NCBI GenBank assembly: GCA_964532415.1
Contig: CAZHHN010000001.1
Span: 11,946 to 75,945, forward strand
Origin: an uncultured Gammaproteobacteria bacterium
GTDB lineage: Bacteria; Patescibacteriota; Patescibacteriia; SG8-24; DYFX01
Direction: 5' to 3'
Length of the DNA: 64,000 bases
The translations under genes were made by a program, and so were the position numbers. A model generated the notes under the pieces. The model was not told where the DNA came from. It did no database searches and saw nothing but the letters and a program-made list of their open reading frames with translations. Shown one piece after another: positions 63,234-64,000 of this stretch. Position 1 is the first letter of the stretch. Every line of letters begins with the position of its first letter.

Positions 63234-64000
63234 CGATCCCGCTTGACATCCCGGACGTGCTTCAGCCGTACCTGCTTCCGGTCGCGGCCGGCGTGGGGGG
63301 GCTTTTCGTTTTTCTGATCGCCCTGCGCATCCTGCGCCGCGTCCTGACGGCGCGCGCGCGGGTGGCGCGGGCCTTCGACAACGTCGTGCTTTCGATCATG
63401 GTTCCCAAAGAATCGGGCGACAAGGATGCCGGCACGCGCGAAAAATCTCTACAGGAAATCCAGGCCGCCATCGCGCTGGCCGAAGGCGTCTTCAAGAGCA
63501 TCGGCGGCTTGCATGCCGAGCGCGGCTTCAAGGCCTGGCTGACCGGCCGCAGCGACGTGATCGGCTTCGAGATCGTGGCGCAGGGCGGCTTGGTGTCGTT
63601 CTACATCGCCGTGCCGCGTGAATCGAAGAGCTTCATCGAGCAGCAGGTCCATGCCCAGTATCCGCTGGCGCAGATCGAGGAGGCGGCCGACTACGACATC
63701 TTCCAGCCGACCGCCCAGGTCGCCAGCGCGCATCTCATCTTCAACCGCGAGCATTTCTTCCCGCTCAAATCCTACAAGAAGCTCGAAACCGATCCGCTCA
63801 ACGCCCTGACGAACGCGCTTGCCAAGGTCGAATCCGGCGACGGCGCGGCCATCCAGCTGCTCGTCCGCTCGGCCCGCAAAGAATGGCGGGAGAAAGGCAT
63901 CAAGATCGCCTCGCTCATGCAGCAGGGGCGTTCGTACGATCAGGCGCGCAAAAAGATCGGCCCGTTCGGTTTTCTGGCCGGCGGCGACAAAAAGCACGAG
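63230..64000 (+). CDS. N-terminal part of a probable VirD4/TraD-like coupling ATPase (3'-truncated; absent from the ORF track)
   Basis: Open frame MTIPLD..TM..FEIVA...V.FYIAVP....IEQQVHAQYP.AQIEE..DY; resembles the CPR T4SS-coupling-protein N-terminus; ATPase motifs lie beyond the window. Confidence 0.65.
   Translation, partial: MTIPLDIPDVLQPYLLPVAAGVGGLFVFLIALRILRRVLTARARVARAFDNVVLSIMVPKESGDKDAGTREKSLQEIQAAIALAEGVFKSIGGLHAERGFKAWLTGRSDVIGFEIVAQGGLVSFYIAVPRESKSFIEQQVHAQYPLAQIEEAADYDIFQPTAQVASAHLIFNREHFFPLKSYKKLETDPLNALTNALAKVESGDGAAIQLLVRSARKEWREKGIKIASLMQQGRSYDQARKKIGPFGFLAGGDKKHE

Noticed and set aside
1-64000. Many long antisense ORFs (e.g. 33783-35699, 39165-40838, 54122-55687)
   Set aside because: Shadow frames of GC-rich genes with no motifs.
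1-64000. UGA recoding (genetic code 25)
   Set aside because: TGA ends conserved genes at the expected lengths (tpiA, rpmG, pilB, dnaJ, cysS).

Overview
This is a GC-rich chromosomal window. Gene content suggests a Patescibacteria (CPR, probably Parcubacteria) genome, which is an inference: it has a short HrcA, a GAGC lipobox, S74 fibre proteins without a phage, and CPR-type pilus and VirD4-like genes. Housekeeping genes include tpiA, rpmG, ung, rarA, ftsI, murF, dusB, yidC, cysS, six tRNAs and a CIRCE-controlled hrcA-grpE-hsp20-dnaK-dnaJ operon. A ~19 kb co-oriented block encodes a glycosyltransferase, a glycoside hydrolase, a two-component system and a type IV pilus, and is followed by a ~2000 aa signal-peptide-bearing SpvB/RHS protein. 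The most notable observations are: (1) an ORF-free, heavily base-paired ~295 nt minus-strand unit at 50551-50846 with its own promoter and terminator, a candidate novel structured ncRNA with C-rich and anti-SD loops; (2) a 1393 aa pilin-anchored adhesin built from three nested sandwich plus 7-blade-propeller modules; (3) an RHS toxin with a lytic-transglycosylase-like tip on an AT-richer island bracketed by a duplicated RHS core and carrying Schlafen/AlbA_2 and PIN genes; (4) a HEPN-motif gene and an antisense CRIPT-like Zn protein inserted in the chaperone operon. No CRISPR array, rRNA, integrase or transposase was seen. All family calls come from motifs read by eye, not from database searches.
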